A stretch of DNA of 62,702 nucleotides, the filler included, from Deltaproteobacteria bacterium (GTDB lineage Bacteria > JAUYMQ01), in assembly GCA_030698575.1 (NCBI GenBank). It is 13 parts of 13 records of this genome, joined end to end, with 100 filler letters (N's around TTAATTAATTAA, not from the genome) between each part and the next. Parts side by side here need not be neighbours in the genome. Positions count along the whole stretch, not along the records: positions 32,803 to 39,170 come from JAUYMQ010000596.1; positions 39,271 to 42,447 come from JAUYMQ010000597.1; positions 42,548 to 47,854 come from JAUYMQ010000606.1; 10 more parts are not named here. One strand, written 5' to 3'. Below are positions 35,982 to 45,060 of the stretch, piece by piece. The first letter of the stretch is position 1; each line of letters opens with the position of its first letter. The notes beneath the pieces are model-generated. The model was not told where the DNA came from and made no database searches. It was given only the letters and a program-made list of their open reading frames with translations. The position numbers and the translations under genes were made by a program.

Positions 35982-37266
35982 AGCCGATCCCCGCATAGCG
36001 GACTCCGGCGGCCCGCACCGCCTCCTCGCCCAGGATGCGCCAGCAGTCATAGACCACGGCCGGGCGCCGGAGTGCGCCGAGGAGCCTCGGCAGGTCGAGC
36101 GTGGCGTATTCCGGGTGGTTGGTGACGACAAGGACGGCGTCGGCCGCGTCGAAGCCCGCCTCGAGCGTCACGGGCGTCGCGCCGAGGTTCTCGATCACGT
36201 CGCCCCGGACAAGGAAGTCATGGCCCCGGAGGGCGAGCCCGGCGGCGCGGAACAGGGGCAGCATGGGGACGATGGGCGTCCCCCGCATGTCGTCGGTGGG
36301 CGGCCATCCCTTGTACGCCCAGCCGAGGACGCAGAGCCGGGCACCCTCGGCGCTGCCGCGCGTCTCGCGGATGAGGCTCACGAGCCGCTCCGCCACGTGC
36401 AGCGGGAGCCGCTCGTTGAGGCCGCGGGCCTGGCCCACCAGCCAGGGGGCATAGCCCGCCCGCGTCGCCGCGCTCAGGAGGATATAGGGATCCTTGGAGA
36501 GGCACCCACCGCCCACGAAGCCTGGCCTGGCCAGGTCCGGCCGCGGGTAGTCGAGATTGGCGGCCTGGATCACTTCCAGCGGGTCGAGGCGGAAGCGCTC
36601 CGCCATCAGCGCGACCTCGTTGCCGTAGGAGTAGATGAGGTCGGTGTGGCAGTTGTTCACGAGCTTCACCAGCTCGGCCGTCTCCAGCGAGGCCACGGGG
36701 ACGATCCTCCGGGTCACGCGGGCGAAGAGGGCCGCCGCCCGCTCGCGGCTCTCCGTATCCAGCCCGCCCACCACCTGGGGCAGCTCCTCCAGCTCTCGCA
36801 GCGCCTGGCCCTGGATGGTGCGCTCGGGGGCGAAGGCGAGGCGCGGCCGGGCCCAGCGCGCCCGGAGCTCGGGAAGCACCACCTCCCGCGTGGCGCCCAC
36901 CGGCACCGTGGAGCGGACAATCACCAGCGTGTCCTCCCCGCAGCGCTCCGCGATGTGACGGGCGGCCAGCCGGAGATTGTCCAGCTCGGGGGCGTGGGTG
37001 TCCGGGTTCACCGGCGTCGACACGCACAGGATGGCGGCGTCCAGCCCCCCGACTGGCAGCGCCGGCCCCACGCAGAGGCGCTGGCCGAGGAAACTTCGCA
37101 ACCCTTCCTCGACTCCCGGCTCGAAGAGATGGGGCCGGCCGGCCCCGAGGGCCGCGAGGACACTCGGCGAGACGTCCATGCCGTGGACGGTGAAGCCCTT
37201 GCGGCACAACGTCACCGCCAGCGTCAGCCCGACATAGCCCAGGCCCACGACGCCGACTGCCGTCAT
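35974..37266 (-). CDS. Nucleotide-sugar dehydrogenase (UDP-ManNAc/GlcNAc type)
   Basis: GLGYVG, RSTV, PER, KLVNN, GFVGGGCLSKD; start MTAVGV at 37266. Confidence 0.85.
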   Translation of the reverse strand: MTAVGVVGLGYVGLTLAVTLCRKGFTVHGMDVSPSVLAALGAGRPHLFEPGVEEGLRSFLGQRLCVGPALPVGGLDAAILCVSTPVNPDTHAPELDNLRLAARHIAERCGEDTLVIVRSTVPVGATREVVLPELRARWARPRLAFAPERTIQGQALRELEELPQVVGGLDTESRERAAALFARVTRRIVPVASLETAELVKLVNNCHTDLIYSYGNEVALMAERFRLDPLEVIQAANLDYPRPDLARPGFVGGGCLSKDPYILLSAATRAGYAPWLVGQARGLNERLPLHVAERLVSLIRETRGSAEGARLCVLGWAYKGWPPTDDMRGTPIVPMLPLFRAAGLALRGHDFLVRGDVIENLGATPVTLEAGFDAADAVLVVTNHPEYATLDLPRLLGALRRPAVVYDCWRILGEEAVRAAGVRYAGIGYG

Positions 37267-37267
37267 A

Positions 37268-37356
37268 TCGCTCGCCTCATCGCCCGAACGCGCTTCGGCT
37301 CGCACGTCCTCTGATCCGTCGCTCGCCTCATCGCCCGAACGCGCTTCGGCTCGCAC
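37268..37356. repeat. Intergenic 38-bp perfect direct repeat x2 (13-bp spacer)
   Basis: TCGCTCGCCTCATCGCCCGAACGCGCTTCGGCTCGCAC at 37268-37305 and 37319-37356. Confidence 0.85.
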
Positions 37357-37357
37357 A

Positions 37358-38416
37358 TCAATCCAGGAGGCCCGCGGCCATGTCGCGGTTGGCCTTCTCG
37401 AGATCGTGGTGCCGGCCGACATCGAGCCAGTACTCGCGGATGAGGTGGGCCGCCACGGGCTTCCCCGCATCGATGAGCAGCCGGATGAGGTCGGTGGCGT
37501 CGAAGTACTGGCCGGCGGGGATGAGGTCGATCACCGAGGGCTCGATGAGGTAGATCCCCGCGTTGACCGGAAACTCCTTGCGCGGCTTCTCCTCCACGCG
37601 AACCACGCGGTCGCCGCTCAGCGTGAACTCGCCATACGGGATGTCCACCTGATGCACCGACACGCCCACGGTCATCGCCGCCCCGCCCTGGCTGCGGTGG
37701 AACTCCCACATGGCCCGGAAGTCGCACCGCGTGAGGATATCGGCGTTGACGACGAAGAAGGCGTGGTCCAGCCGCTCGCGGAGGAGCGGGAGAGCGCCCA
37801 TGGTCCCGAGCGGCCGCGGCTCCTCGGCGTACTCGATGCGCACCCCGAGACGGGTGCCGTCGCCCAGCCGCTCCCGGATCATCCCCGACTTGTGGTGGAC
37901 CGCGATCAGCACCTCCGCGATCCCCGACTGGCGGAGGCGCTCGATGAGGATCTCGATGAGGGGCTTGCCGCCCACGCTGAGGAGGGGCTTGGGCGTGGAT
38001 TCCGTGAGGGGCCGGAGCCGCCGGCCCTCCCCGCCCGCCATGATCACCGCCCGGCAGCGGAGCGGCGGGGGTGGCGCCAGGAGGTCCTCCAGCCTCAGGA
38101 GGTCCACGACAGTCCGGTTCCCGTCGAGGAGCGGAAGATGCCTGATGGCGCGGGCCCGCATGAGGCCCAGGGCCTCGGTCGTCCCGAGCCCGGCCGCCGC
38201 CACCACCGGGTCGCGGTTCATCGCCTCGCTGGCGCCGGCGTCCAGCGAGACGCCGCGGAGGATGGCCTTGCGGAGGTCGCCGTCGGTGAGGAGGCCGAGC
38301 AGGCGGCCGGCGCCGTCCACCACCAGCGCGATCTGCTTGCCGCTGCGCGTGATCCGCTCGAGGACCTCGCGCAGGCTCGCCCCCTCGCCCACGAGGACAT
38401 CGCCGATCGGGCTCAT
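37358..38416 (-). CDS. CBS-domain nucleotidyltransferase (PtmE/LegX-like)
   Basis: N-terminal CBS pair plus MAGGEGRRLRPLT..PKPL. Confidence 0.85.
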   Translation of the reverse strand: MSPIGDVLVGEGASLREVLERITRSGKQIALVVDGAGRLLGLLTDGDLRKAILRGVSLDAGASEAMNRDPVVAAAGLGTTEALGLMRARAIRHLPLLDGNRTVVDLLRLEDLLAPPPPLRCRAVIMAGGEGRRLRPLTESTPKPLLSVGGKPLIEILIERLRQSGIAEVLIAVHHKSGMIRERLGDGTRLGVRIEYAEEPRPLGTMGALPLLRERLDHAFFVVNADILTRCDFRAMWEFHRSQGGAAMTVGVSVHQVDIPYGEFTLSGDRVVRVEEKPRKEFPVNAGIYLIEPSVIDLIPAGQYFDATDLIRLLIDAGKPVAAHLIREYWLDVGRHHDLEKANRDMAAGLLD

Positions 38417-38423
38417 CCCGCGC

Positions 38424-39170
38424 TCACCGAGCCTCCGCCCACCGCTTCTGGATCAACCGCGCGTCGAGGGGAACCGTGCGGAGCACCTCCACGATGCGCG
38501 GGGCGGCGCGGCCGTCGCCATAGGGGTTGGCGAGGCCGCGAAGCCCGGCGCGGAAGCCCGGCGCCAGCGCTGCCTCGACGCCGCTGAGAATGTCTTCCCG
38601 GCCGTAGCCGACGTCGACGACATTGGCCCCGCGGAGCCGCCCGCGCTGGCGGCTGCCGACATTGACCACGGGCAGCCCGAAGGACGGGGCCTCGATCAGC
38701 CCGCTCGAGGAGTTGCCGACCATGAGGGCGGCGTGGGACAGGAGCGAGAGGTAGAGCCTATCGCCCAGGCTCTTCGCCAGCCGGCAGCGCGGTTGGCGCG
38801 CCGCGAACTCCTCGATCCTGTCGATGATGACCCGCCCGGCGGTGTCGGCATTGGGATAGGTGATCACGAGCGCTCCTTCCACCTTGTCCAGCGCGGACAG
38901 CAGCTCGTCCACCTGATCGGCCGTGTCGCCGTGCTCGAGCGTCACCGTATGGAAGGTCGCGAGGACCCACCGGGCCCCCGCGGGAATCCCGAGCTCCCGG
39001 GCCGTGTCCTCCCTCGAGAGAAGCCCGGCGGGCCTGATGCGGTCGAGGCCGGGTGCGCCCACGGTGTGGATCCGCCAGCCCTCCTCCCCCATCTGCGCGA
39101 TGCGGGCGGCGTGCGCCGGCGCGGAGGCCAGGTGCAGATGGGCCAGTTTGGTGATGGCATGGCGGATCTG
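38424..39170 (-). CDS. neuC: Hydrolysing UDP/GDP-GlcNAc 2-epimerase (NeuC/LegG), 5'-truncated
   Basis: RHAITKLAHLH, TFH.VT, VGNSSSG.IEAP, RQRGR, NPYGDG. Confidence 0.85.
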   Translation of the reverse strand, partial: QIRHAITKLAHLHLASAPAHAARIAQMGEEGWRIHTVGAPGLDRIRPAGLLSREDTARELGIPAGARWVLATFHTVTLEHGDTADQVDELLSALDKVEGALVITYPNADTAGRVIIDRIEEFAARQPRCRLAKSLGDRLYLSLLSHAALMVGNSSSGLIEAPSFGLPVVNVGSRQRGRLRGANVVDVGYGREDILSGVEAALAPGFRAGLRGLANPYGDGRAAPRIVEVLRTVPLDARLIQKRWAEAR

Positions 39171-39270
39171 NNNNNNNNNNNNNNNNNNNNNNNNNNNNNN
39201 NNNNNNNNNNNNNNTTAATTAATTAANNNNNNNNNNNNNNNNNNNNNNNNNNNNNNNNNNNNNNNNNNNN

Positions 39271-39531
39271 AAGAAGCCGGGGGCGATGGCGCCCCTCACG
39301 GGACGCGTGGCGGGGCTCAGCCCGGCCTTCGGCACCGCGGTCGTCCAGGTTGACGGAAGCGGTATCGAGCTGGCGGCAACGTTCTTTGCCGATGGCGTGG
39401 AGGGGCAGTTCGACGTGTTCCTCACCGCGGCCTCGGGCTTCACGTCGGGGAGCGGAGGCGCGGATTACGGGACCTACGATGTCAACGTCTCGCACACGGC
39501 CAGCATCGTGGACTGCTCGCTGGAGCCCTGA
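39271..39531 (+). CDS. Hypothetical protein C-terminus
   Basis: Open from the contig edge, high GC3. Confidence 0.4.
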   Translation, partial: KKPGAMAPLTGRVAGLSPAFGTAVVQVDGSGIELAATFFADGVEGQFDVFLTAASGFTSGSGGADYGTYDVNVSHTASIVDCSLEP

Positions 39532-39730
39532 GAAGAGCTGAAAATCCACTCGCGGCGCGGGGCACACGCCCCACGCCGCGATCCGTTTTTCCTGCCGCTA
39601 TCTCTCCTCGAAGAAGACTCCTCAGGCCCTGTCCACCTCCTTGCGACGCCCCACGGGGCGGCGCTCAGGGATTCCGGTCAACCGTCCGAAAGAGTCTATC
39701 TGGCCCTCGCACCGGCGGCGGAGAAATTGG

Positions 39731-40882
39731 ATGGTTCGATTTTTCAAGGATCTGATGCCCCGCATCACGCACGTGATGGAGTGGCGGGATGCCGACAAGT
39801 GCATACTCGCCTCGACCCTCACGCTCGGATTCGTCGGGGTCTGGATTCTGCGCATGTGGCTCGTGGAGCGGAACCCCGCCTACGGCCCCTACATGAATCC
39901 GGACTTCGTCGAGCCCATGATGGCCCTCGTGCTGTTCCAGGCATTCGGGCACCTGTCGATCGTAGCCACGGCCGCGCTCTTGCGCCGGAAGGCGCGAAGC
40001 ATGCCCGGGCTCGTGCACGTCACCAACCAGTTCTGGTACCTCTGCTTTTTCACCGACGTCTACGCTGTCGGGGCCTTTACGAGCCCCTTCATCATGCTCT
40101 TTCTTCTCGCGGCGGTGTTCGGGTTCATCGTCTTCCCGCTCCGCCCGGTGGTCCTCAGCCTCGGAACCTTCAGCGCGCTGCTCGTGACGAGCACGATCGC
40201 CGAGAGGCTCGGCTTCATCCCCTACGCGCCGCTCATTTCCACGAACCCTCTCAATGCCGGGCGGCCGCACACCAGCTTCATCCTGAGCCTCGGCTTGCTC
40301 CCGCTGCTGGCGTCAGCTCTGGTTCTCGGACTCTTCGCTTACGTCGTCACCCAGCTCCGGGATCGCGAGAAACGGCTCAAGGAGATGGTCAAGACCGACT
40401 ATCTGACGGGGGTGGAAAACCGCCGGAGCTTCATGCACCGGACTGAGATCGAGTTCGCGCGTGCGCGCCGCTTCAAGAAGCCGCTCGCCGTCGTGATGCT
40501 CGACGTCGATCACTTCAAGCGCGTCAACGACAGTTATGGCCACGGCACAGGTGACGAGGTTCTGAAGGTGGTCGCGCGCATTCTGGCGGCGGAAGTGCGG
40601 CGGCACGACGTTATCGCGCGCTACGGCGGAGAGGAATTTGCGTTGCTCCTGGCCGAGACCGATGAGACACAGGCGAGGATCATGGCGGAGAGATGCAGGC
40701 AGAAGATCGAGAGCGCCCGCCTGGCCATGGGCGGGGCGGCCATCAAGGTTACGGCGAGCGTGGGAATTGCGGCCTATCCGCGTGAGGACGTGTCCAGGAT
40801 CGAGCAGTTGATCGAACTCGCCGACAAGGCGCTCTATCAGGCCAAGGAAGCGGGGCGGAACCGGACCGTCAGCGCAGCCTGA
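39731..40882 (+). CDS. Membrane diguanylate cyclase
   Basis: Multiple TMs; D.LTG..NRR, DVDHFK..ND.YGH; RRHD I-site and GGEEF. Confidence 0.9.
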   Translation: MVRFFKDLMPRITHVMEWRDADKCILASTLTLGFVGVWILRMWLVERNPAYGPYMNPDFVEPMMALVLFQAFGHLSIVATAALLRRKARSMPGLVHVTNQFWYLCFFTDVYAVGAFTSPFIMLFLLAAVFGFIVFPLRPVVLSLGTFSALLVTSTIAERLGFIPYAPLISTNPLNAGRPHTSFILSLGLLPLLASALVLGLFAYVVTQLRDREKRLKEMVKTDYLTGVENRRSFMHRTEIEFARARRFKKPLAVVMLDVDHFKRVNDSYGHGTGDEVLKVVARILAAEVRRHDVIARYGGEEFALLLAETDETQARIMAERCRQKIESARLAMGGAAIKVTASVGIAAYPREDVSRIEQLIELADKALYQAKEAGRNRTVSAA

Positions 40883-40885
40883 AGA

Positions 40886-41665
40886 TCAATCGGGCGTCTC
40901 GCCGAGAAAGCGCGCCTGCAACCGCTGCATCCCGCGAATCCACCGATCATAGTCTCCGGTCTTCCGCCGCATGTACTCGAGCACGCTCGGATGGGGGAGC
41001 ACGAGAAACCGCTCTTCGGCCAGGGCCGCCACGACCGCCTCGGCAACCTCCTCCGGCTCAATCATTCCATCAACACCCGCAACGCCCCCGTTCTCCATGT
41101 CGGCCGTCATGGCCGTCCGCACCGCCTGCGGGCAAAGCACCGACACCTTGATTCCCCGGTCGCCGTAGGTGATCGCCATCCATTCGGCCAGCGCAACGGC
41201 TGCGTGCTTGGTCACGGCGTAGGGAGCGGATCCAATCTGGCTCAGGAGCCCCGCGGCCGACGCGGTGTGGAGGAGATAGCCCTGGCCCCTCTCGAGCATT
41301 CCCGGCAGGACGGCGCGCGCGGCGTAGATGTGCGCCATCACGTTCACCTCCCAGATCCGCTGCCAGTCGTCGTCAGGGACTTCGAGCCCGCCGCGGATGC
41401 TGATGCCGGCGTTCGAGCAGAACAGATCGATCGGCCCGTTGGCCTTCTCGGCGGACTCGACGAGCGCGCGCAGCTGCGCCTCGTCGCGGACGTCCAGCTT
41501 TACCGCCGTGCCGTCCGTTTCCGCGGCAGTCTTGCGCGCACCCTCGACATCGAGATCAGCCACGACGACCGCCCGCGCGCCCTCCGACGCAAAGCGCTGA
41601 CAGAGCGCCCGGCCGATACCGTTGGCTCCGCCGGTGACCACAACGTGCTTCCCCGCAAGATTCAT
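40886..41665 (-). CDS. SDR oxidoreductase
   Basis: [17 protein letters not shown]. Confidence 0.9.
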   Translation of the reverse strand: MNLAGKHVVVTGGANGIGRALCQRFASEGARAVVVADLDVEGARKTAAETDGTAVKLDVRDEAQLRALVESAEKANGPIDLFCSNAGISIRGGLEVPDDDWQRIWEVNVMAHIYAARAVLPGMLERGQGYLLHTASAAGLLSQIGSAPYAVTKHAAVALAEWMAITYGDRGIKVSVLCPQAVRTAMTADMENGGVAGVDGMIEPEEVAEAVVAALAEERFLVLPHPSVLEYMRRKTGDYDRWIRGMQRLQARFLGETPD

Positions 41666-41682
41666 GTCGCGCCCTCCGGCCG

Positions 41683-42447
41683 CTAAACGGACTTCCCGGC
41701 GTGCTTTTTGAACTCGAGCCTGGCGATCCCGCGCCGATGGACCTCATCCGGGCCGTCGGCCAGGCGCAGCGTGCGGATGCCCGCGTAGGTCTGGGCCAGC
41801 CCGAAATCGGAAGTCACGCCGGCGCCCCCGAAGGCCTGGATGGCGTCGTCGATGACCTGCAGCGCCATGATCGGCGCCTTCACCTTGATCATGGCGATCT
41901 CCGCCTTCGCGACCTTGTTCCCCACGGTGTCCATCATGTAGGCCGCCTTGAGTGTCAGAAGGCGGGCGCACTCTATCTCGATGCGCGCGTTCGCCACCCG
42001 CTCCTCCCACACCGAATGCGCGGCGATGGGCTTCCCGAAGGCCTCCCGGGTAAGGAGCCGCCTGCACATCTTCTCGAGCGCGCGCTCGGCGACACCGATC
42101 GTCCGCATGCAGTGGTGAATGCGGCCGGGGCCGAGCCGGCCCTGCGCGATTTCGAAGCCCGCCCCCTCGCGCAGGATAATGTTCTCCACCGGCACGCGCA
42201 CGTTCTCGAAGAGCACATCGCCGTGCCCATGGGGCGCGTCGTCGTAGCCAAAGACGGGAAGGTGGCGCTTGACCGTGATGCCGGGCCGGGCTCGCTCGAC
42301 GAGGATCTGGCTCTGCTGGTGGTGGATGTCGGCGTCGGGGCTGGTCCGTCCCATGAGGATCATGATCTCGCAGCGCGGATCGAGGATGCCCGACGTCCAC
42401 CACTTGCGGCCGTTGATGACGTACTCGTTTCCGTCCCTGCGGATCTC
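41683..42447 (-). CDS. Acyl-CoA dehydrogenase (5'-truncated)
   Basis: [42 protein letters not shown]. Confidence 0.9.
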   Translation of the reverse strand, partial: EIRRDGNEYVINGRKWWTSGILDPRCEIMILMGRTSPDADIHHQQSQILVERARPGITVKRHLPVFGYDDAPHGHGDVLFENVRVPVENIILREGAGFEIAQGRLGPGRIHHCMRTIGVAERALEKMCRRLLTREAFGKPIAAHSVWEERVANARIEIECARLLTLKAAYMMDTVGNKVAKAEIAMIKVKAPIMALQVIDDAIQAFGGAGVTSDFGLAQTYAGIRTLRLADGPDEVHRRGIARLEFKKHAGKSV

Positions 42448-42603
42448 NNNNNNNNNNNNNNNNNNNNNNNNNNNNNNNNNNNNNNNNNNNNTTAATTAAT
42501 TAANNNNNNNNNNNNNNNNNNNNNNNNNNNNNNNNNNNNNNNNNNNNGGAAAGAATACTTCTATTATTCTTTCTCGACCAAACTCCGTTCGGATCTTGAA
42601 TAA

Positions 42604-44793
42604 ATGAGCGCATACTCGTTTCCACCCTTCATAGCCGCTATTGCCAATCTTTGCATTGGTCTCTTTGTTATTGGTTTTGCGCCGAAGCGAAGAATAAACC
42701 AACTTTACCTATCGCTTAGCACGTGCGGTGCGCTTTGGAATTTGGGGGTATTTTTCCTTTTCCTTAAGCATGATCCAGAATCAGCATTGTTCTGGGCGCG
42801 CCTACTGCAGAATGGCGTCATTCTTATCCCACCGCTATTCTTACATCTTATCTATCATTTGCTAGGCAAAAAAAATTCTAAGTTATTGGCCGGAACTTAC
42901 GGTATCGCGATCGCATTCGTAAGTCTAAACTTGAGCGGCCATTTAATAAACGATATAAAGACGGTTACCTATCCGAATGGTGTCCAGCATTCTTATGGCC
43001 AGGGCGGAGCGCTGTACGCAAGCTTCATGCTGTTTCTGCTCTCTTCTATGTTCATTATAATAAAACAGCTACTTTCGGCTATTCGCACCACTACTGGAAT
43101 CAAACACGAGCAGTTCAAATATTTGCTTCTCGCTCTAGGGATCACACTCGCCGGTGGGCTAAACGACATGATGCCCATCGTCTCCGTTCAAACCTACCCG
43201 ATTGTTAACGTCCCCGTGTACCCCTTTGGAAGCATCGCAATCATAGGGTGGGCGTTCATCATTGCCTATGCGATCCTCAAGCATCGCCTGATGGACATCG
43301 ATGTCGTCATAAAGAAGAGCGTTACTTATTCAGCGCTCCTGTTGCTCTTATTGGTCCCATGCTATGTGATGCTGATTGTTGGCCAGAGCGTCTTCTTCGG
43401 ACGCGTAGATCGCGGCTTTAGTGCGCTCTTCCTCACCCTCCTCACCGTGGCGACGTTTGTATTCCCAAGGCTGAAGACCCGGACTGAGCAAACAATCGAG
43501 CAGGTACTTTTCAAGGGGAAGTACGACTATCGCGACACGCTGGCTCGCTTCAGCCAGGATCTTGTCACCATCATTAATCTCGATACGCTTCTGAACCGTA
43601 CGCTGACTGTGCTGGCTGACACCATGGAGATCAGCCGCGCTTGGGCGTGGCTCTACCATCGGGGAAGCGACCGTTTTCAGCTCCAGGCCTCGACCTCGGA
43701 AGATCATATGCTGACCGGCGAGGTATTCCTTCCGATGAGCCACGTGCTCCTCGAGGAGCTGGCGGTCCGTCCCCGGGTGCTAGTTACAGAGGAGCTCGAG
43801 CGCTACGAGATCAATCCAAGTGCCGTAGCGCTCGGTGCCGCGTTGCGAGAGCTGGACTGCGAGGCCTGCGTCCCGCTCTCGGCCAAGGGGCGCCTCATCG
43901 GCGTCATCATGCTCGGGCGGAAGACCGAGGGGGGAATCTATAGCGAAGAGGATCTGAAGCTCCTCGGTACGCTGGGCAACGAGGCGGCCATCGCGGTCGA
44001 GAATGCCCGGCTCTACGAGGACCTGAAGCAGCAGCAGACGCAGTTTCTGCGGTCACAGCGCCTTGCCACGGTGGGCCAGCTCGCCGCCGGCCTCGCGCAC
44101 GAGATCCGCAATCCGCTTGTCGCCGTCAAGACCTTTCTCCAGCTCCTGCCCGAGCGCCTGGACGATGAGGAGTTCCGCACGAGCTTCCTCGAGACGACAT
44201 CGAGCGAGGTCGAGCGCATCACTCATCTCCTGAACCAGCTTCTCGAGTTCGCGCGTCCGTCTGATCCGGTTTACCGCCCCGAGGATTTGGTGAAGACCGC
44301 CGATCAGATGGCGACGCTGGCGAAGAACGAAGCGTTCAAGCGGGGAATCAGCCTCACCACGCGCTACGACGCGGGGATGCCGCTGGTCACGATGGATGCG
44401 AAGCAGCTGAAGCAGGTCGTCCAGAACCTTCTCAACAACGCCATCCAGGCGACGCCGGAGGGCGGCACTGTTCATCTCGAGATCCACCGCCACCGCGGCC
44501 CGGGGGGCGAGGCGCAGGTCCAGCTCGAGGTGTCAGACACCGGCCGCGGCATTGCCGAGGAGGATCTCGATAAGCTCTTCACGCCCTTCTACACCACCCG
44601 CGATACCGGCACCGGGCTCGGGCTGGCCATGGCGCATCGGATCATCATGGACCACCACGGCACCATCGAAGTGAAGAGCCAGGTCGACTTCGGCACGCAC
44701 TTCACCATCACGCTCCCAGTCGAGCCCGTTTTCGTTTCTGCGGACACCGAAAGCGCGGAACTTCCCGACCCCGGCGATTCGCCCCGCGAGTGA
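42604..44793 (+). CDS. Sensor histidine kinase, N-terminal 7TM plus GAF (PrsK-like architecture)
   Basis: Multi-TM N-terminus, GAF, LAHEIRNPL H-box, NLLNNA N-box, DTGRG, FTPFYTT and GTGLGL. Confidence 0.9.
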   Translation: MSAYSFPPFIAAIANLCIGLFVIGFAPKRRINQLYLSLSTCGALWNLGVFFLFLKHDPESALFWARLLQNGVILIPPLFLHLIYHLLGKKNSKLLAGTYGIAIAFVSLNLSGHLINDIKTVTYPNGVQHSYGQGGALYASFMLFLLSSMFIIIKQLLSAIRTTTGIKHEQFKYLLLALGITLAGGLNDMMPIVSVQTYPIVNVPVYPFGSIAIIGWAFIIAYAILKHRLMDIDVVIKKSVTYSALLLLLLVPCYVMLIVGQSVFFGRVDRGFSALFLTLLTVATFVFPRLKTRTEQTIEQVLFKGKYDYRDTLARFSQDLVTIINLDTLLNRTLTVLADTMEISRAWAWLYHRGSDRFQLQASTSEDHMLTGEVFLPMSHVLLEELAVRPRVLVTEELERYEINPSAVALGAALRELDCEACVPLSAKGRLIGVIMLGRKTEGGIYSEEDLKLLGTLGNEAAIAVENARLYEDLKQQQTQFLRSQRLATVGQLAAGLAHEIRNPLVAVKTFLQLLPERLDDEEFRTSFLETTSSEVERITHLLNQLLEFARPSDPVYRPEDLVKTADQMATLAKNEAFKRGISLTTRYDAGMPLVTMDAKQLKQVVQNLLNNAIQATPEGGTVHLEIHRHRGPGGEAQVQLEVSDTGRGIAEEDLDKLFTPFYTTRDTGTGLGLAMAHRIIMDHHGTIEVKSQVDFGTHFTITLPVEPVFVSADTESAELPDPGDSPRE

Positions 44794-44952
44794 AAAGTTT
44801 TTCTCAATTTGTGTAATCTGACCCCCCGAGCCCAATTGGGCGCTCCGTGGGACGTTTTACGGCCGCCGCGGCGCAAGCCGAATCTCTTTCACATTCAGGT
44901 ACTTGCTCTCTTCCGACGCGCCTCCTCGCTACACGTGGCGGCGCGCCGGTTT

Positions 44953-44967
44953 TGGCACGTTCCTTGC
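44953..44967 (+). promoter_or_regulatory. Sigma-54 promoter
   Basis: TGGCACGTTCCTTGC, an exact match to TGGCACG-N4-TTGC, about 95 nt upstream of the ATG at 45061. Confidence 0.8.
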
Positions 44968-45060
44968 CCCTAAAAAGGGTAAGCGGCCGGGATCCTTGCA
45001 AATCTTTCTGGTCCGGCCACAACGCCATCCCCGCCGGCGGCGGAAGGACAGAGCACACGC

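Noticed and set aside
37268-37356. 38-bp direct repeats as a mini-CRISPR
   Set aside because: Only two copies, a 13-bp spacer, no leader and no cas genes.
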